Below the pieces are notes generated by a model. The model had not been told where the DNA came from. It saw only the letters and a list, made by a program, of their open reading frames with translations, and searched no databases. Positions 58,580-64,000 of a stretch of DNA of 64,000 nt are shown here, one piece after another (the first letter of the stretch is position 1; the number at the start of each line of letters is the position of its first letter). Source of the stretch: the human T2T-CHM13v2.0 reference genome, Homo sapiens; the NCBI RefSeq assembly GCF_009914755.1, contig NC_060937.1; one strand, 5' to 3'. Position numbers and translations under genes: made by a program.

Positions 58580-58879
58580 GGCCGGGCATGGTAGTTTATG
58601 TCTGTAATCCCAGCAGTTTGAGAGGCCGAAGCAGGTGAATTGCTTGAGCCCAGGAGATTGAGACCAACCTTCGCAATGTGGTGAAACCTCATCCCTACAG
58701 AAAATACAAAAATTAGCCAAGCTTGGTGGCACATACCTGTAGGCTCAACTACTTACAAGATTGAGGTGGGAGGATAGCTTGAACCTGGGAAGTAGTGGCT
58801 GCAGTGAGCTGTGATTGCGCCACTGCACTGCACTCCAGCTTGGATGACAGAGTGAGAACTTGTTAAAAAAAAAAAAAAA
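58580..58879 (+). mobile_element. AluJ-like element
   Basis: ttgcttgagcccaggag, ggaggatagcttgaacc, gctgcagtgagctgtg; poly-A tail. Confidence 0.92.
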
Positions 58880-59305
58880 TCACTATTCCTGATTAGGGAA
58901 CATTTGCATTATCAGAACAAAAGCAAGGATTGCTATGATCAGTAACCGCTATATAATGACTGTTTATTGCAATTATTTTCACTTTTTGTCACCATTCTGT
59001 GTTGAGTGTGTGTATGTGTGTTTGTGGTTGGGGGACTGGTAATGCACATCCAAAACAAAGTGGAGACTATTGTGAGATCTTGAACTTGCGGCCTGTGATA
59101 GGTTTGGATAAGAATGTTAGGGTGTTTTCACTGGAAATGGCTGAATATATGGGCAGATGAAAGAAATTTGAACAGTGACTTTCTATGGCATTGAAAAGGC
59201 TGGTCACTGTAGAATATAGTATTGCTAAGCAAACGTTGATTCTCCACTTTACACTCCAACTTGATGAAGGTGAAGCCTGATATTTGAAATTTCAGATGTT
59301 AGCTT

Positions 59306-61054
<1,749 letters not shown>

Positions 61055-61849
61055 TGAAGGCAGAAATGGGAGTGCTGCAATTCTATGCAGAAGGTTTAAG
61101 AAGCATCGCAAGGATCATTCAGCTTTCCTAAGCTCCTATACACATCACCTTGCAAACATCACATCTCACATTGGAGGTGTTCTTTCAGCTTGTAACACAG
61201 AATCTGAAGATACATGGGGATGACTTGATCCTAACCCTCAACCTGCAGAACTACTTTAAGAGGTCCCTAAGTCTCTGGATGAGAAAAAAAATAATGTTTA
61301 TAAAAGTAACTGAGATGCAGAGGTTAACAGTTGCTCAAAATTTACATTAAATGTTAACTCATGCTATGAAGTAAAATGGTCTAGAGAAAAATATTTTTTC
61401 TTCCCTTAGGCATTGTCTAAAATATTGTTAAAGACAAATGGGGTCTAAAATTGTGGTTCCCAAATACCAGCCAAAGACAGGTTATAGTTCCTCGTGCTAT
61501 TTATAAATCTGTGTTGAGGTAACAGGATCCTGAGCAGGATGGGGGTAAGCTACTTTCAGTGGCCATAAACCTAATTATTGCTTTTTGACAGAGAAACAGG
61601 CACAAAGGCTATTTGATTGGAAGCTGTATTTCCTCCAGTTGTTCTAGAGTGATAGTATGCTAACTGCAGGAAAGTTATTAAACAAGGAAATGCAAACTAT
61701 AAAACAAATTAATAATATGGTTGTTCTGACTCCATCTAGAATGGGTTAACAAAATGTAAACCTGACAATAGCCGGGAAAAGAGCAAGTGAACTATTATGA
61801 GTCAAAGTACCTAGAGTTTCCAGGGAGAGAAAGATGTGTAGAGAAGAAA

Positions 61850-62080
61850 GAATATGATATTTAGGTTGAGAAAGCCCTGGGGGTGAATCCTGATTATGTC
61901 ACTTAGGTGTTACAAAGGCATGGGCAAGTCAATAATTTACCTTTGTGCACTTCAGTGACCAGTCTGCAAATTATGGATACTTAATGGATATCTTAAAGGT
62001 TTATTGTAAACATTTAAAAGTATATCATCTGTGTAGTGCTAAGGATAGAATCTAGCACACTTAATAGATGCTATGACTAT
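61850..62080 (+). mobile_element. MIR
   Basis: cctgggggtgaatcctg...tgggcaagtca...tctgcaaattatgga...tagcacacttaatagatgct. Confidence 0.6.
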
Positions 62081-62737
62081 GGAGTGGTGAAGTGGAGCAA
62101 GGACGTAAAAAGACTTGATGGGAGATACTAGTAATTGTTGTGACAATGCGCAAAACACAAAATCCCCGAAGTCCAAAAGCTTGGATAGGAGAAGTGTTCT
62201 TCCTTCAGTATAAAGAAGAGAAAATCTGAAGCCAATGTGCTTAAATATCAGCCCTTAGATTTTGACAATATTCTATTAGATCTTATTTCAGGATAAAACT
62301 TGACAGAAAACAATGACGGAGCAAATTGAAGAAATGAGTATAGTGGATCCCAATATCATAAAAAAGAAACAAGTATAATACCATACAATGTCTGTATGTT
62401 TCTCTGTCAAACAAGCTATATAAAAGTTCCCTGTAAAATATTAGTATCTCATTCTTACTTACGACGTTAGTTAAAAATGAATCCTATACCTCCACAACCA
62501 TTAAATGATTAAATGCTCTTTATTTTTTAAATGTATAGTTTTGAAAAATTCTTCAGAAAATTAAAATAATTTTGAAATAATCCCTAAGTATTATTCTATG
62601 CATTTAGAAACACATCAAATGTATGCATGCAAAAGTTATTTATCTATGTTGATCTGAATTCCATGCAAAATCATGACCAAAATAAATCACTTTTCAAATG
62701 TCATAATTGAAATTATAGATCTTTTTAAGGTTACTAT

Positions 62738-62806
62738 GTGGTTGGTGCAAACGTAATTGCAGTTTTGCCATTTTTTTATGGTCATTAAATATCATTATTA
62801 CTTTTC
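62738..62806. mobile_element. MADE1 (mariner MITE), right half degenerate
   Basis: ggttggtgcaaacgtaattgcagttttgccatt...atgg...attactttt. Confidence 0.7.
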
Positions 62807-63146
62807 AATTTACTTAAAAGTCAATTGCAGCTCTTAGTTTTTGATCATAGATATTTTGAATTCAATGGGATTGCTTTTTGACTATTAGCATTTATTAATC
62901 TGAGTCTGTAAATACAATTTTTCAAGCTGATATTTATTTAAATGTGCACTTCACTACATCTTAATTATCTTTTTCCCCCTGAAATAAAAATTTCTTCTGA
63001 ATGGTTTATTTCCAATTTTGGTAAACCTTGAATACTTTCATTTTATTGATCTATGTTGAAAGAAAAGGTATTATCTGCTTTACCTAAGTAATGAGGGAAA
63101 AGTCTCATTTTTAATTACTAAGCCTAGTAGTAGGGACTGCTGTTAG

Positions 63147-63490
<344 letters not shown>

Positions 63491-63523
<33 letters not shown>

Positions 63524-63795
63524 AGACAGAGTCTTGCTCTGTTGTTCAGGCTGGCATGCAGTGGCACCATCTTGACTCACTGCAGCCTCCACCTCCCGGG
63601 TTCAAGCTATTCTCATGTCTCAGCCTCTAGAGCAGCTGGAATTACAGGCACGCACCACCACAGCCGGCTAATTTTTTTATTTGTAGTAGAAACGGGGTTT
63701 TACCATGTTGGCCAGGCTGGTCTGGAACTCCTGACCTCAGGTGATCTTCCTGCCCCCACCTCTGGGATTACAGGCGTTAGCCACTGCACCTGGCC
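63491..63795 (-). mobile_element. AluS-like element with T32 tail, tandem with the AluY
   Basis: cctgacctcaggtgatc; outer TSD tctaataa at 63150-63157 and 63796-63803 encloses both Alus. Confidence 0.93.
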
Positions 63796-64000
63796 TCTAA
63801 TAAATTATTGATCGATGAAAATCCAATCCTTAAGCCCTAATACGGACGAAATATAAAATCATCAGGCACATTCTCTACTCAGAAATATCCCATGACATTC
63901 CTGGGAATCACAGCACTTCCCTAAATAGAGTCAAAAAATAACACTGCTTTAGTTGTTTAAGTTCTAAGAATCACCTCAAGTGCAGCACTGAAATGCAGCC

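Overview
AT-rich, CpG-poor primate (human-like) genomic DNA, almost entirely intronic. The only supportable coding sequence is one 183-bp minus-strand exon (5512-5694). It encodes the start of the BTB/POZ domain of KLHL1 ([60 protein letters not shown]), probably exon 2. That places 5695-64000 in the large upstream intron and 1-5511 in the downstream intron. The rest is transposon-derived: about 11 Alus, several L1s, L2/MIR relics, ERV1/ERVL/MaLR LTRs, a decayed ERV-L internal region, DNA-transposon MITEs and microsatellites. I found no new gene system. The most interesting signals are (1) the KLHL1 exon's acceptor, where (TG)12 replaces most of the polypyrimidine tract next to a weak donor in a frame-preserving exon, a CFTR-exon-9-like, possibly TDP-43- and allele-length-dependent splicing switch; (2) a tailless 5S rRNA retrocopy with a perfect 18-bp TSD; (3) a 3'-truncated L1 with a 13-bp TSD, suggesting internal priming; (4) a fold-back/template-switch scar in an L1 3' UTR; and (5) a 5'-inverted L1. 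Repeat subfamily names come from recall of consensus sequences, not from a search. Boundaries of old repeats are approximate.
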